Shown here: positions 38,297 through 52,000 of the stretch, one piece after another | Layout: the number at the start of each line of letters is the position of its first letter | How positions within the stretch are numbered: position 1 is the stretch's first letter | DNA from: Paraspadella gotoi | Taxonomy: Eukaryota > Animalia > Chaetognatha | Reading direction: 5' to 3' | DNA: 64,000 nucleotides | Assembly (NCBI GenBank): GCA_051294375.1 | Contig: CM119267.1 | Coordinates: 19,380,709 to 19,444,708, forward strand | Notes under the pieces: model-generated | Database searches by the model: none | Told to the model about the DNA's origin: nothing | The model's input: the letters and a program-made list of their open reading frames with translations, nothing else | Position numbers and translations under genes: made by a program

Positions 38297-41200
38297 GTCT
38301 CTCTCTCTCTCTGCTCTCTCTATCTCTCTCTCATCTTCCTTCTCGCCATACACAGTACTTTTCTATTTGCCTGTTCTGCGGCATTGCGGCGATGCGCTGG
38401 GCATCGGGCGCGGTCGTCTCCCTCGAGAGACGTCGAACGTATGGAAGACACGGCGTTGCCGAGAACGTTGGCGGCCGTAGCAATGGGCTTTGCCATCGTG
38501 GATTAGCGATCTTCATAAATATTTTGGGTCTTGCTTATTTGATTTTAATTAAAGTCCGATTATTATAACTGAGAAACATGCGTCAGTAAAAAAAATAATT
38601 CGTAACACATAAACATTTTGAAAGACAGCGAAAGAAGTTGTAGAGATGACGTTGCTTCGGAGCGTAGGCCGCTGATCACTGATGGATTAGTACCATATTT
38701 AAGAATCTGGGGTTATCTTAAGAGATTGTCCTTAGCAATCGTCGTCAGGAGAAACTCTGTAATATTTATAAATTTTATTAAAGCATATTAATCCTAAACT
38801 GGCAAACTATAGTCCGAGACGAGTCGTCTAAATTCGCATTGGTAAAATGAGTAACTTAAAATATCATCTTGTAATTCGTACCAAGAAAGAGTTTACGAAA
38901 TATTCTCTATGATTCGACTCCAGCAGCACTTACCGTTATAATGCTCTCTGTCAACATCGGCTGACACAGCGAAAGAGCGCACATGTCAGGACCGAATTTG
39001 CCTATAAATAAACTCTTTCTGAACTTTGTGGTTCCTTACAATCGTTAACATTCCCGTTGTTCGAGGATATTTGTTTTTAGTTAAGCTTGCGGAGCCGCCA
39101 GTACTCGGCGGAGCAACTCTGTATGAGACACTTTTTCGGTCTGGTGTTGTCGGAATCCGTCGCTGTATGGCTTCCGGTCCTTCTTTTGCGCTCACCTCCT
39201 ACCCATCTTTACTTAACTAGTGTTCAGCACTTAGAAAAAGAATGGTGAACAAAAGAATTTCGCATACAGTGGCGTGTCATAAAACAGTAGCGCCTAACCG
39301 AAACGGTAAGTGGATCAGTGCTCCAGTCCAGTGCGATGGAGAGTAGGCGTCGCAAGTCCGCGTCCCTATGCCCACCCAACAAGATATTTTCAATTAACCG
39401 CCTTATCCTGCGTACCTCCATAACAGTTAACACGCCGTTACACAGGACACATAACGTCTACTACTCACCATGGGCATCTGTGCCCTCCTTAGGATTTTCG
39501 TGTGACAGAAATTCGGCTTTCCATAAGTTTCTAAAAGACATGTTATCCGATCCTACACCTAGCATCCTCACACACACCACACGTAGTGTTGACGCAACCA
39601 GCAGTCTACATGAGGCCCGCTCGGGCGAAACAAGAGTACTGTTGCTGCGAGGCGGGCGCTATCAAAAACCACAACCCGCTCTACGTTTACTCAACACCAT
39701 CTATCCAACTCACTTGGGCCTGCACAGGCAAGGAGGGACCAGCCACCCATCCAACTTCGCTGTACGTGTATCCCTGTATATCCACATTCCATTACATCCG
39801 CACGCTGTCCCTACTGCGTTCTATGCGCAAACACTGACGATCCGCTCCACTCCACTACTAAGTACCCGCTTGCCACATGCGAACTTCGTATACGCGTCTA
39901 CACTAGGGTTCGGACAAGCCTCCCGAAAGTCCAGCGACTCTCGCAACCCTCGTTCCAAGCAGATGCCCAGACCCATCCCAAATGCGCCTTCACAGGCAAG
40001 ACCGCGGGCTGTCTACACCCTCATGTGAACCTCCCTGTCACATTCGCCCACTCGTTTTCACAGTCCTGCAACCAGTTTGTTGTTCTTCTTCATATGTTTT
40101 CACAAATTCTTTATCCGGTTCTATATATATATCTAGATAAATGATACAAAATCCAATTTTACACAAAATTTAATTAGTTATGCGTATTATCCGAGCATTT
40201 AAATACACCGAGACCGTAACTAGCTCCTCGATATTAATTTCTTCCCACTTCTAAAATTGATGTTTTCAAAGTCTTTTCAGAATTTATGCGCGAGAACTAG
40301 GCGACCGGCATGAGAGTTTGATAACTGCCTCTATAAATTATACCTTTACTTAAAGTTAATATAATTTGTTCTCTGCTCTCTCCCTTTTCTCCTCCTCTCC
40401 CCTCCTCCCTTTATATCTTTCTCTCTCTCTCTCTCCTTTCCGTCTCTTCGCCCCCAAGGCCTTGTTTAGCTATCTCATCGTGCTCGTCTCGACTCACTAG
40501 CTCACGACTCCCGTTCACCTTGTCCGAGATATAAACAACTTTCACTCGTCTGTGCCGGCATGAGGGTGCGCTTGTACTCGTGCCGACAACAAATATAATG
40601 AAGAATAAAAAGATCACCAACTTCAAAATATCAGAACGATAAAAGTGAAGTCCACTCCAAATTCAACGAGCGTGGCGAGCGAGAGAATGTGAAAAATAAA
40701 CATTAAATACCAGAAATATTACTGAAAAAAACAAGACCACACACCACTCATCTTTCACTCCGCCGCCCCTTCTCTCTTCGTGCTATATGAATCCTCTTAA
40801 AAGCACACAACAACAAACATCTAACAACAACACGAGACCCGACAGAGGCGGTGTAAATCCGTCACGTCCCTCAGGCATCGCTATGATGTTTCGAAGTGCC
40901 CAGACATTAATCTCGAACAATCAACAGCGTAGTCAACAAAACCAGCACCTCCAACCCAAGTCCACCCGAACCACTATCCACAATTCTGATATTGAAGAGG
41001 ATAAGAATACTTAAAAAGACTTGCATTCAAAAGGCCTAGGCACCCTCCAGTATGCCTATACACATATAAGGCATTACTTAGTGTGTCTGCGACACCTGCC
41101 CTGATATGTGAGGAGCTGTCTTCGTATCCGAACACACTTATCATAGACACACCCAAAGTTCTGCAGATTCATTAAGATTCGTATTCCATAACTTTTTATC

Positions 41201-43200
41201 TTGTACAAAATGTGCGTCTGAAGAATTCATGTGAGATGCCCATAGATGGCACGGATCGAGCGCGATTTGTTTTTGGTATAGATTATCCATCTATTCCTGT
41301 ACTCGCGAAAATTTATTCTATCGGAATCTGTAATGCTTCAAATTCTTAAAAAATCGCTTAAGTTAACCAGCATAGAGGCGCCAAACCCTTAATACCAGTG
41401 TAACTGATCATTCGAACATACCCGACAATTAGATTTAAGTTTTTTTAATAAAAATTTATATTACACCATCGCAAAGGTCTACTCTTGAAATATATTAACA
41501 AGATAAAGATAAATACGGCTCTAATAAATTACTTTTTGGGCAAATCTTATATTTCCTCACCATCCTTAGTTTGATGATTTCACTATAAAAAACCAGTTGC
41601 GTTAGTTCTAGCTAATCTAGTTCCATTAAAACTATGAATTAAACCAATTAAGTAGGGTCTATTAAAGATTACAGTAACAATCTGATCAATAATCTTTAAA
41701 CAGAATAATTTTCTTTATCCCGAGGAAATATGACGACTACCTTCCTTTGCACAAATATGTTGACATTAGAAAAAGAACAGTTTTATTAGAAAACAATCTA
41801 TGGTTACATAAGTGAAGTCAAAATATTTAGAAAACTATAAATTTTGTCAAGCCAAAAACAGACACTTCGGTTAAAAATTAAAACACAAAAATCGATATAT
41901 CTGCGATGAAGAAGTTGAAATCGTGAATTCTCTTCAAACAACGAGATTTCCTTAAATGTTTAAAGAAAAACCGACATCTGTTTCCACGGGCTTTATAACC
42001 TAACCAACTTCTCCCTGTAATCCAGCCGCATTAAAAAAGTTATTGAAATCTTTGAACATCAAGCCCTCTACTGTGTGCCCATAAAGAGAGAAGCACGAGT
42101 TCAATCTCTGAGCACGAGTGTAGCACGACCCACGAACGAGAGCGACTGCAGCAGCATGCAGAGGCAAAGCATTCTGGTCTCAAACCATACCGAGTGCATG
42201 AAAACGGGTCATAGTTGCGTCTAATGTCGCTCTTATATTCGAAAGCACGATCTCCAACCGGCGCATGACGAACAGAATAGAACCTAGTTGTGTTTGTGAT
42301 ACTCTACCGCGAGAATCTCCGATAAATGTCGAAAGAGAAGCGGACAGACGAAGCACCGAGAGAGAGGAACGAGCAGCTGAAGAAGATACTCTATAGAAGA
42401 TATTTAACCCAGCTCTAAACACTTTCGCTATCCGAACGCGAATGCGTCTGTAACCAAACAAGAACTGAGCTTACACCTCCACTAATTCCGTTGTCAAAAC
42501 CTGATAACCTCATGTTCAAAGTTTTTGTCGAGTGTTAACCAAATTTATCACTAACCTACTGTATCAAAATAACTATAGATTAGAGCTATAGTGAAGATCC
42601 AAATTTATGTTGAACTATCACTGCAGCCAACATGTCTCGTTGAACTTTAATATGAAGCGCGTATGCCACAGCTCAAGGAGGACTCACGAACCATATACAC
42701 CATACATCTACAACTCCATCAATATATCACAGAGTTTATAATAAATTCGCTAAGCAAACGATTCATAATAGAGCTACGATATATAATCTCTACATGCAAA
42801 GCCACTACTACAACAGTCTCCCACATACGTCGTAGAGTGACGCCGCCACACCGCCCCCTCTATGGCTCTGTGGCAAATAGAGACAGGTGCTGATCGATGC
42901 CACTCTTGCATGTTATCTCCGTTCAGCGCACCGGGTCGCAATTGCACGTATTGTCAGTCTGGCTAGTAAGAACGGATACAACTTAAAACAATTCGCTTTA
43001 GCAGCCTAGGTGACTCTCCCTAGCGGTAATCTAGCGGCAGTCTTCCCAGCGGAAGCTACCAGGCTACCCTCTGATGCGTCTACGTCTTGGACCCCTCATG
43101 GCTCACGCCTTGCTTAACACACCCGAACTGTCTCGTCTGCTCACTTTGAGACTCTATCTTAACTCTATACGTTCACTATAAATAATAATTGCATCTAAAA
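33739..43200. other. Low-quality sequence block that is largely an inverted mirror of ~43.3-47 kb (probable fold-back long-read artefact)
   Basis: 37805-39150 is a near-identical reverse complement of ~45380-46780. Exact inverted anchors include 38529-38586/45906-45963 and 40345-40371/44494-44520. The rest looks random and lacks the microsatellite texture of the genome, and the block starts at an N gap. Confidence 0.75.
37963..38542 (+). other. Frameshifted inverted copy of membrane-protein paralog A (probable assembly duplicate)
   Basis: Reverse complement of 45950-46625, differing mainly by single-base indels. Lies within the mirrored block. Confidence 0.75.
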
Positions 43201-45334
43201 CTCATCCCTCACCCTCTATTCCTTTCACAATTTCAAATTTCACAATTTCATCTTCACTATACTTATATTATTCACAAGTAGTTTAATTGTTAACACGAAT
43301 CATTAAGTTTTAAACAATATTGATTATCTTTGTTGTACAATTGCAACAAATGTATTATTTTTAAATTTCTCCTCACTCTCTCTCCTCCTTCTCTCCTCAC
43401 TATTTCCAATTTGCTTTTCACAAAACTGGGATTCTATTTGTTTATCACCTTAATCGGTCCTCACAATGACACATATCCCTTCTCAACTCTGTCGTGGCGG
43501 AAACTTTGCCCTCCTCTCTCTCTCTCTCTCTTCTCACTCTTTCTTATGCACATAATTTGTTTTCAAAATTCACTAACTTTTTTAATGCGGATTGAAGGCT
43601 TGTAAGTTTAACGAACATGTCCGTTTTTTAAAATTAAAATCGTTGTTGAAATTCATTCTCAAAAACTTTCCAATATATTATTACCCACAACGAAAAAGAA
43701 AGGATACTTATACCACAAACAAAAAATCATAACATTTTGAACATTTTTAACCAACATTCAATGAAAGCTATTTGTTAAAATAGATTTACATTTCTTATAT
43801 CAACTTTTTGCAAGGAATTCAAATCCGCGTTTTAAAATTTTTAAATATTTATTTTTTCACTTTAGCCTATTTTTGCTACTAATTATTAGATAAATATAGC
43901 TAACAAAGCTGTTAATAAAATATAAAATTTGTAAATAACTTACCAAATATTTTATGCGTGTTTATTTTCATATTATATAAGCCTAAAATATTGACTTTTA
44001 TAAAGATTTAATAATTTTAGTTTCTCATACTCTACCAATGTTGCCGCCATGTTAATAGCACCTTATTATGCTTCAAAAATCGCCATTGACAAGGAAGCAT
44101 GAAACTATACAACAAATGGTTATCATCATCGCAATTCGTTCAGACCTTATTACATTAAAACAATTTAATGAATGAAATTCAAATATCTTATATTTTGTTA
44201 TCTCTTGAATGCTGCTACTAGTAACAAACCGCAACATTAACATGACAATTTTTTCCCCCCATCCCCTTATCTGGGGGCCCCATCACTTCCTGCCTCACCA
44301 GCCCTGTGCCCCGCTGACCGTTCCCGCCCTTTTTGCGTCACGCCCTTCCAATTGCCCGAGAGGGCGTGTTTTCCCTTAACCTTTTCTTCTTTCCAAGCGA
44401 CGACCGAACCCGACCGACTTTTACTTTTTCCTTTTTCCCCGAACATCTTTTCTGACCTTTTTTTTCTTACTTATGGCCGCTCTTTTCGGCCATGAACAAA
44501 TTATATTAACTTTAAGTAAATTAAGGGATTTCAATTTCCGTCGCCTTCAAAATTCTGAAAAAGGCTTTGAAAATCCCAATTAGGATGGGAAGAATTATCG
44601 AGCATCCGGTTTGAAATCGAAATCATATAATAATTTTTAAATTGGTTGTACCGATTTCATATGATATAATAAAAAGATATAGATTAAAATTTGGAAAACA
44701 AAGAAAAGAACAAAAAAGATGGTAAAATTAATGATGGAGTTATGGCAACAGCCGGGCTGCCTGTGATGCCCATTGGGATGGGGCTTATCACTGTTGGCTT
44801 TTGGGGGCTCCCGACCCTCAGTGACACCTCCAGTCACTGGCGCGGTTACCCTAGGGCGGTCGCGCTTTGCCAACGCAGAGGGAAGTCGTTGGGACTGAGA
44901 AAGGAAGGAACACGACGCCTGGGATGGTGTGTTCCCCCTGTGAGCCAATGGATTTGGCTGAAGGAAGGTTGACGTGAGGCGGTATGATTATACCGCCACA
45001 GAGTACTCTTTTCCCAGAGCGCCCCATTTCTGGTCGCCAGATATCAATTTTAACTGTAATCTAAACATGTTTTTAAACTTATAAACCAATCTGTAACCCA
45101 AAATCCTAACCCTAATCAAAAAACAAGTCCCTGATCTTAACCACTAACCTTATCTCTAACCTTAACTTTTAACTTTATCTTTGAGTAAACAAGAACGGAA
45201 ATTCAAATTTGTTGCGCCACAGGGACTGCCTTATCGCATGACTACATGACTACAATAACTTTCTTAGGCGGTGTATTTATGACACGCACTGTATCGAAAT
45301 TCTGTTTTTCATTCTTTTTAGTCTTAACACTATT

Positions 45335-45435
45335 AACGTAAGTGGGACAGACCAACGGCAGACATACCGACCGACAGACAGACCGAAAAGTGTCTCATAG
45401 AGTTGCTCCGCCAGTACTCGCGGCGTAACTAAAAA
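45335..45435. mobile_element. Copy of the hairpin-capped GACN repeat family
   Basis: TAACGTAAGTGGGACAGACC...GACCGAAAAGTG..TATAGAGTTGCTCCGCCAGTACTCGCGGCGTAACTAAAAA matches the 6271-6345 and 6510-6575 arms. Confidence 0.7.
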
Positions 45436-45949
45436 ACAAAATTCCTCGACAACGGGATGGACGATTGTAAACCACAAATCAGAAAAGTTTTAGCAAATCG
45501 GTCCTGACTGTCCTCTTTCGCTGTGTCAGCCGATTGACGGAAACATATAACGGAAGGCTCTGAGCGAATCGGAGAATTTTCGAAACTTCTTTCCTTGTAC
45601 GAATTACAATGATATTTTAACTCATTTTACAATCGCAACTTTGACGACTCTCTCGACTATATTTGCCATTTGGATTAATGCTTTATAAAATTATAAATAT
45701 TACAATCTCCTGACGACATCTGATAAGAAGAGACAAATATCCTCTTGGCTCGTCGAATGATAACTCTCTAATTTTTCCTTTAAAATATGGTGGACTAAAA
45801 TCCACTAACCGTTCATCAGCGGCCATTGGTGCCGGAGGCAAGTCATTCGCCACCCAACTCTCCCTGTCTCTTCAAAAAGTTTAATACAATTATTTTTTTA
45901 AAAAACTGACGCATGTTTCTCAGTTATAATAATCGGACTTTAATTAAAA

Positions 45950-46625
45950 TCAAATAAGCAAGACCCAAAATATTATGAAGATCGCTAATCCTACGATGGC
46001 AAAGCCCATTGCTATGGCCGCCAACGTTCTCGGCAACGCCGTGTCTTCCATACGTTCGACGTCTCTCGAGGAGACGACCGCGCCGATGCCCAGCCCCATC
46101 GCCGCAATGCCGCAGAACCAGGCAATAGAGAAGTAACTGGAGACAGGTGTGGGGTACGATACAGAGAGAGAGACGAAATCTGAGTGAGGATGATAGAGAC
46201 GAATGAGATGACTTGTCCGCTCATCGAAGACAGGATGATGAAGGCCGAAGACCGAGACGCGCGATAGAGACTGCACTCACGACTGCGAGACGGGGTGGAT
46301 GGAGGACGAGAGAGGGAGATGAAAAGAGAGAGAGAGAGTGACAAGTATACTAAATATTCAAAGACCTCACTCAATGGCTCCAAAGATGACAGCGACGGTC
46401 CCACAGCGCTGAATCCCATGATTTTCCCTCATAAGCTCCGTGTTGAAGACTACAACCGGCGGTGATGGGCTTGGCTGCATCATCTGTGGCGGCGGCGGCG
46501 CCAGTGTCGGCGGTGGTGGCGGCGGCGGCGGTGATGGCGGCTGCTGTTGGTTTGTTTCTGTGTTTAAAAACTGTTTATAGCAATACTGGACTGGTTCGTG
46601 CTCTTCCTTGAAACTGATGAGTCAT
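45950..46625 (-). CDS. Small proline-rich membrane protein, paralog A (dispanin/CD225- or DUF4190-like); exons ~46625/46560-46371 and 46136-45950
   Basis: Spliced at GA|GTGAGG...CCAG|T. Reads ...QQQPPSPPPPPPPPTLAPPPPQMMQPSPSPPVVVFNTELMRENHGIQRCGTVAVIFGAID-YFSIAWFCGIAAMGLGIGAVVSSRDVERMEDTALPRTLAAIAMGFAIVGLAIFIIFWVLLI*. The start codon is uncertain because of indels between the two assembled copies. The family assignment is inferred from topology only. Confidence 0.75.
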
Positions 46626-47038
46626 TAATTTACATTAAACCTTTTCAAAACAAAGCCAATATTTTCTGAGGTAAGTTCAATCATTAGTATTTTATTTTAA
46701 AAAGCCAGGTGACAGCTGCATCAGAAAAACACAAGTACCTGAATTGCACATAAAATTTCGACCAATTTTGTATCGGAGAAACCTGTGACTGGGGCAATTA
46801 ATTCGATCCAGGATCCCCTCGGGTAGAACTTGTCCGTTTTTTTAACACTATTTAACACTATTTTTTTGTTATTCATGGAATAAAAAGTCGAACGATGTTG
46901 TCTTACAATGTATAATGTACAGTGTAAAATGTACAATTGTATATAAGCTTACTTCTAAGTGGGCTTGATCTACAATTCTACATTTTACATTCTACATACA
47001 TTAAAAACACTGAGAAAATGTTTCGATTTTTTCCAATT

Positions 47039-47261
47039 TTACGCAGTTAACCAGTAAATGACAATGGCCCAAAATATTATGAAAAAGAATAAGCCCACAA
47101 AGGCAAGGCTCAAAGCGATTGTCATCAAGGTCCTGGGCAATGCCAAATCTTGCCGATGTTGGACGTTTCGCGAGGTGACGATGGCACCGATTCCCAAGCC
47201 GATGGCCACAACGCCGCAAAACCAGGCCAATGAAAAGTAACTGAAGACAAGTGTGGATATG

Positions 47262-47318
<57 letters not shown>

Positions 47319-47510
47319 TATAAATCGTGGAAGGCCTCACTCGATGACACCGAAGGCAATGGCGACTGTGCTGCAGCAGTCAATCTTCTTAGCCTCCTTC
47401 AGCACTTCCGGGTCGTTGACTATGATTATCTGCACCGGAACCTGCTCTGTTGTCTCGGGCGGCCGCTGCAGCGGAGTATCTTCCTCATTGGACCAATTTC
47501 CGTTCTCTGT
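47039..47510 (-). CDS. Small membrane protein, paralog B; exons 47510-47341 and 47240-47039 (first exon not located with certainty)
   Basis: TAG acceptor (phase 0). Encodes TENGNWSNEEDTPLQRPPETTEQVPVQIIIVNDPEVLKEAKKIDCCSTVAIAFGVID-YFSLAWFCGVVAIGLGIGAIVTSRNVQHRQDLALPRTLMTIALSLAFVGLFFFIIFWAIVIYWLTA*. It has the same phase-2 intron position as paralog A and clear protein-level similarity with many conservative changes. Confidence 0.8.
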
Positions 47511-47779
47511 CTATTGAGAACGGAAATGGAGAATTGCATCAAATTAGTGAACTGATTTAGTAATTTTTATTGAAAAGAGTAAACCAAGAGAAAACCGTCA
47601 ATTAATATTAAGACTTGAGTTATGTTTACAAACGTTTCATTCTCTAAATCTTTAATTCTTAATGGTTTTGACTCTGTACTAGTTAGCAAATATTAACTAT
47701 TTTACGTTCAATGTTTCTTATACCGGGTTTTTCAAATCCTCGGTCAAACTCATTAGTCAAATCTTGTTTCTAATTTTTT

Positions 47780-47860
47780 TTATTACGCTGCGAGCATTCG
47801 CGGGGCAACTCTATAGGTCACTTTTCGATCGGTCGGTTTGTCTCTCTGTCTGACTGTCTT
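47780..47860. mobile_element. Diverged copy of the hairpin-capped GACN repeat family
   Basis: GCGAGCATTCGCGGGGCAACTCTATAGGTCACTTTTCGATCGGTCGG matches the same consensus in the orientation of 6271-6330. Confidence 0.65.
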
Positions 47861-48383
47861 ATTGACTAATTATAAATCGAATAATATATCAATTTAGTTA
47901 ATACTCGATACAATTAGATGTTTAAGATGTAAATGTTTCATATTTATGCAGTTTCATTATGACCTTAAAATACGATCACGACCAGAAAATTTATTAAAAT
48001 TAAATACTTTAGATTTATATTAAGTTATTTTAATTAAAACTTAGTAGAGGGGTGAAGTAAAGTTAAACGATAGTTTCGAAAATATTGAATCTTTGCGTAG
48101 TAACGAGACCGCATAGAAAATAAGGTAAAATTGAGTAATCAATGAGAATTGCAGACATGCAAGAAAGTTAACGTGGCACAACTCCTTGAACTTGCCGAAC
48201 TTGTCTATTTTTTTCTGCTCCTTTTCTTCATTGTAAATCTTCTTCCTAAATTCCCGATTTAAAATCCTTTTTTTTTTCAAGAAAATGTGGAGATTCGATC
48301 CCGAATTAGCAATTCCTTTTGAAAGATGGGAATCTGTTGACTCATAGGTGTTTAAACCTTTTCTTTCGATCGTTGTCAGACTT

Positions 48384-48506
<123 letters not shown>

Positions 48507-48777
48507 TTCTGTCTTTAGCTTTTCTTTACTTCTTTTTTCTTTCATATGTACCCCGTGAGCCAAATCCAATGATGGTTTCTTTCGTATCATCGGATTTGGC
48601 TCACGGCGTATTTGTTACTTAATTTATAATTTTGTCTTTCTTTCTCTCTATATTTATTTCTCTCTTTAGGTATACCTGTAGATATCTCTCTTTAAGTTTA
48701 AATTTCCTTAAAAAATTACCGCTATTTCGCCAACGTCATCGTTTCAACGCAGATTTCATCGCCACTTCCGGTTTTAA

Positions 48778-48812
<35 letters not shown>

Positions 48813-48970
48813 GACGTCGGTCGTTGTTGCGTTATTTTGTTCCCAGATACGGGAGCGCCTCTGGCGGTAATTAGCCAATATGTATGCGGACGATGGCGTC
48901 GTTATCTCAGGAACGAAACGTTGATTATCGTGGCAGTCATCACCTTTTCTTCTACGATCCTTTCGGTTTC

Positions 48971-49011
<41 letters not shown>

Positions 49012-52000
49012 CCTTTCACTCTGTCTTTCTCTTTCTCTCGGTCTGAGGCTTTCTTCTTGGTATTCAATTCGCATCTCCATTGTTGGGGCTGAGAAATCTC
49101 CACCGGCCGTCTGTATATTTCTCATTTCTTTTTTTCTTTTCTTATTTTTCCTTTCTTTTCCTTTCCTTCTCTTCCTCCTTTTAAATAATATTTTTTACAA
49201 TATACGCATCCATTGTTCCTCCGACTCTGAGTATCGAGCAACCCTTTCCCTTGTTCATCTTACTTTGTCGTCCATAAAATAGGACAACGCTCTTTAATTT
49301 AGTCATAAAAATATCTGCTTGCTCTCACAATTCATTCACATACATGTATAATAATATAATACAATAATATAATATAATAATAATTGAAAATAAAAACGAA
49401 ATCTTATCAACAACGATTTGATTTGTAATAAAGCAGGACATGTTTCGGCTTTCATACAAGCCTTCATCAGCGCGTTTTGACAATTTCAATAACCGAAAAA
49501 TGTGAAAAAACACAACGAAAAGAAACAACTTTACCAATGTCAATATAATAATAATATAATACATTGTATATATATCTGCTGTTGGTGGCATCCTCCCAAA
49601 TAGCTGTGTGAAGTGCCATTTTTGTTAACGCTGCTCCTTTTCGATCGCCTGTCCCTGTGCTTTTCGTAGTTACGCTTTGTTCGACGAAGTTTCTCATTTT
49701 AAGGGTTTTCTTTTCAGCAGAACCTTGAACTCAAATTTTACAATTCGACCACTATTTTACCATTTCTTGTACGTATTTTACGACCTCGCCCAACTGACCC
49801 AGACACATTTCCACTCCATTCCCTGTCCGTACATCATCACCCCCGCCCCCTGGGTACCCGTGTCCAATAGACCGTCTCTCTCTCTCTCTCTCGCTCAAAT
49901 CGACGCCAAGTCCGCGATTTGACCCAATCTCGTTTCAACCGCGAGGACGGAACCCATTTACGCAATTCTATCGTCCGGATCGTTGGTCGCCGACATTTCG
50001 GCGCCATTGACGCCGACGGCCGCGCCACGAACCGGCGTCGGTGGGCGCGATGGACGCTGCGTCCGGAAGAGGACGGAAGGACGATGAGCGCCGCGGATCA
50101 TTAACGCGAGGAATGCGCGATGAAGGATTTTGAATTGCGGAAGGACGCCAGCGGTTTCGACGTTGCTGGTGGCGATGCAGCGGCTGCGACGAACGACGAA
50201 CGACGAACGACGAACGACGAACGACGATTAGGAATCGCCGTATAGATTTTCAATCAACCGACTGGTCGGGCGGTTCATCGAGAAAATCTCCAGACTTCGA
50301 TTTATGCAAATTGATTTTTAAGTCGATTTTGGGCGGCGCTGGCGGCGGATTTTGGGAAAGTTTGAATATCGGATCGGGATTCGATAGATACTCGAGGCGG
50401 ATAAGAGATGGGAGCGGGGAAAATAAAGGTCATATGTTTTGAAATAAACAAGAAAAATTAAATATATAATATGTCTAATTATAAAATTTGCCTCGTAAAG
50501 CGGAAAATATTTTTAAATTAGTTTCCAATTCTGCTACAGATCATTGAGCTTAATTTTATGCACCTTTGTAATTATCTGCCACTTCACATTTCGAGCTATG
50601 CGTTTTCAACAGTAAATAAATTATTACGTGGGTGAGGAACTTTCCCTCCCACTAAATGGTTGATGTGGTGAGATTTACCAGTGTGTGAATGGTAAGGTCA
50701 CCGTTGTCGACTTTGTCGCTCGTCTTCGTCATTTGAGTCACTACAATTTCATCTTTTATCTTTTTTTTTTCACCTCAGAGTTTCTGTTTGTTCTTTTCAA
50801 TTTAATCTCTCTTCATTTTTCGCCTATTAACTTTTGCCGCTACTTCCATTTTTCTGTCATCATTTTCCGGTCATATTATTCTCAGACAAGAGACTGCGTC
50901 GAGAATCGACGACGAAATGGGGCGAGGAAGGGAGGGGGTGGTGGGAGGAGGAAGGGGGGAGGGGCATCGTTGTATTGAACCCCATCTCTCTTTGTTCCGC
51001 GAGAAGACGGGATTTCGTCCTCGGGAGCTGAGATGGCGACCTTGGCGAGGAGACGGGGAAAGTCGCTCTCCCCACGTTTGTCTATCATTAAATGACTACG
51101 CGTTTCCCCTTACCACTTTATCCGTAGCTTACTTTATTCGCACCTTTCTCGGGGCCTCTTTTCTCCTAATGCTTTTCGCTTTTCAAAACCTAGTACTTCT
51201 CCTCCGTAAACTTTTCCCCCCCGACTCCAAACGCCCCTTCTTCCCTTCGCCCCACCTCCTTACCCGCCCTTCCACCCGCCCGTCATCCCCGACGAGGCGA
51301 GGTCGATTAAACTCCGCGGGAGTCTGAGCCAAAACCGAAAAAAAGGGGGGGGCAGATTGAGGGAGAGACGCGAAAATTACTGTGGAGCACAGCTGCACGT
51401 TGAATCGGACTAAATCGCGAAAAGAGGAAGAGCGGGGAAAGGTGTCGTTCTCGACTCCGAACCATAAAAAAGCGAGGAATGCTGGAGCGATTCCAATTTT
51501 TTTTTTTTTTTTTTTTTTTTGTTAGTCTCGACAGAGGAAAGTTTACGATGACCTCGGGTCGTGTACTTTCTACGTTTTTTTTTTAAATTCCTCAAACTTT
51601 ATCCGGCATTTACATTCAGCAACGTGAATCGATGAAAAGATGGACGCACGGACGGAAGGATTTAAATTATCTCGAGTCAAAAGCCGGGGAGGCAGAAAGG
51701 AATTAGCTTATATGTAAAACGTCAATGAAAATGACCTTGACTTGAGCTCAAAAGAATTTTCGATTATATGTATGTACAAAAATCTGTTCTAAAATTAGGA
51801 AGCCTCTAAAAATTTTCCTGGGGTTTCTTTCTTTTGAGATTTTTTTTTCCTGTTGTGGTTGTTGTTGTTATTGTTTTTTTTTGGGGGGGGGGTAAGGGGC
51901 ATCGGTCTCGTTTCCAAGTCATCAACTCGAACGGCCCTCTACGTAAACTGAGTGAGAAGGTTAAGTCGAGCTCGTTAGCTGCCAGGATTCGTGAAAGGAG

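Noticed and set aside
37909-38568. A third functional membrane-protein paralog (219-aa ORF)
   Set aside because: Near-identical inverted copy of paralog A with frameshifts, reading through the intron; treated as artefact unless reads show otherwise.
39318-40028. 236-aa ORF and other ORFs in 34-43 kb suggesting a foreign or viral insert
   Set aside because: They lie in the random-looking, error-rich mirrored block and have no motifs; more simply explained as degraded read sequence.
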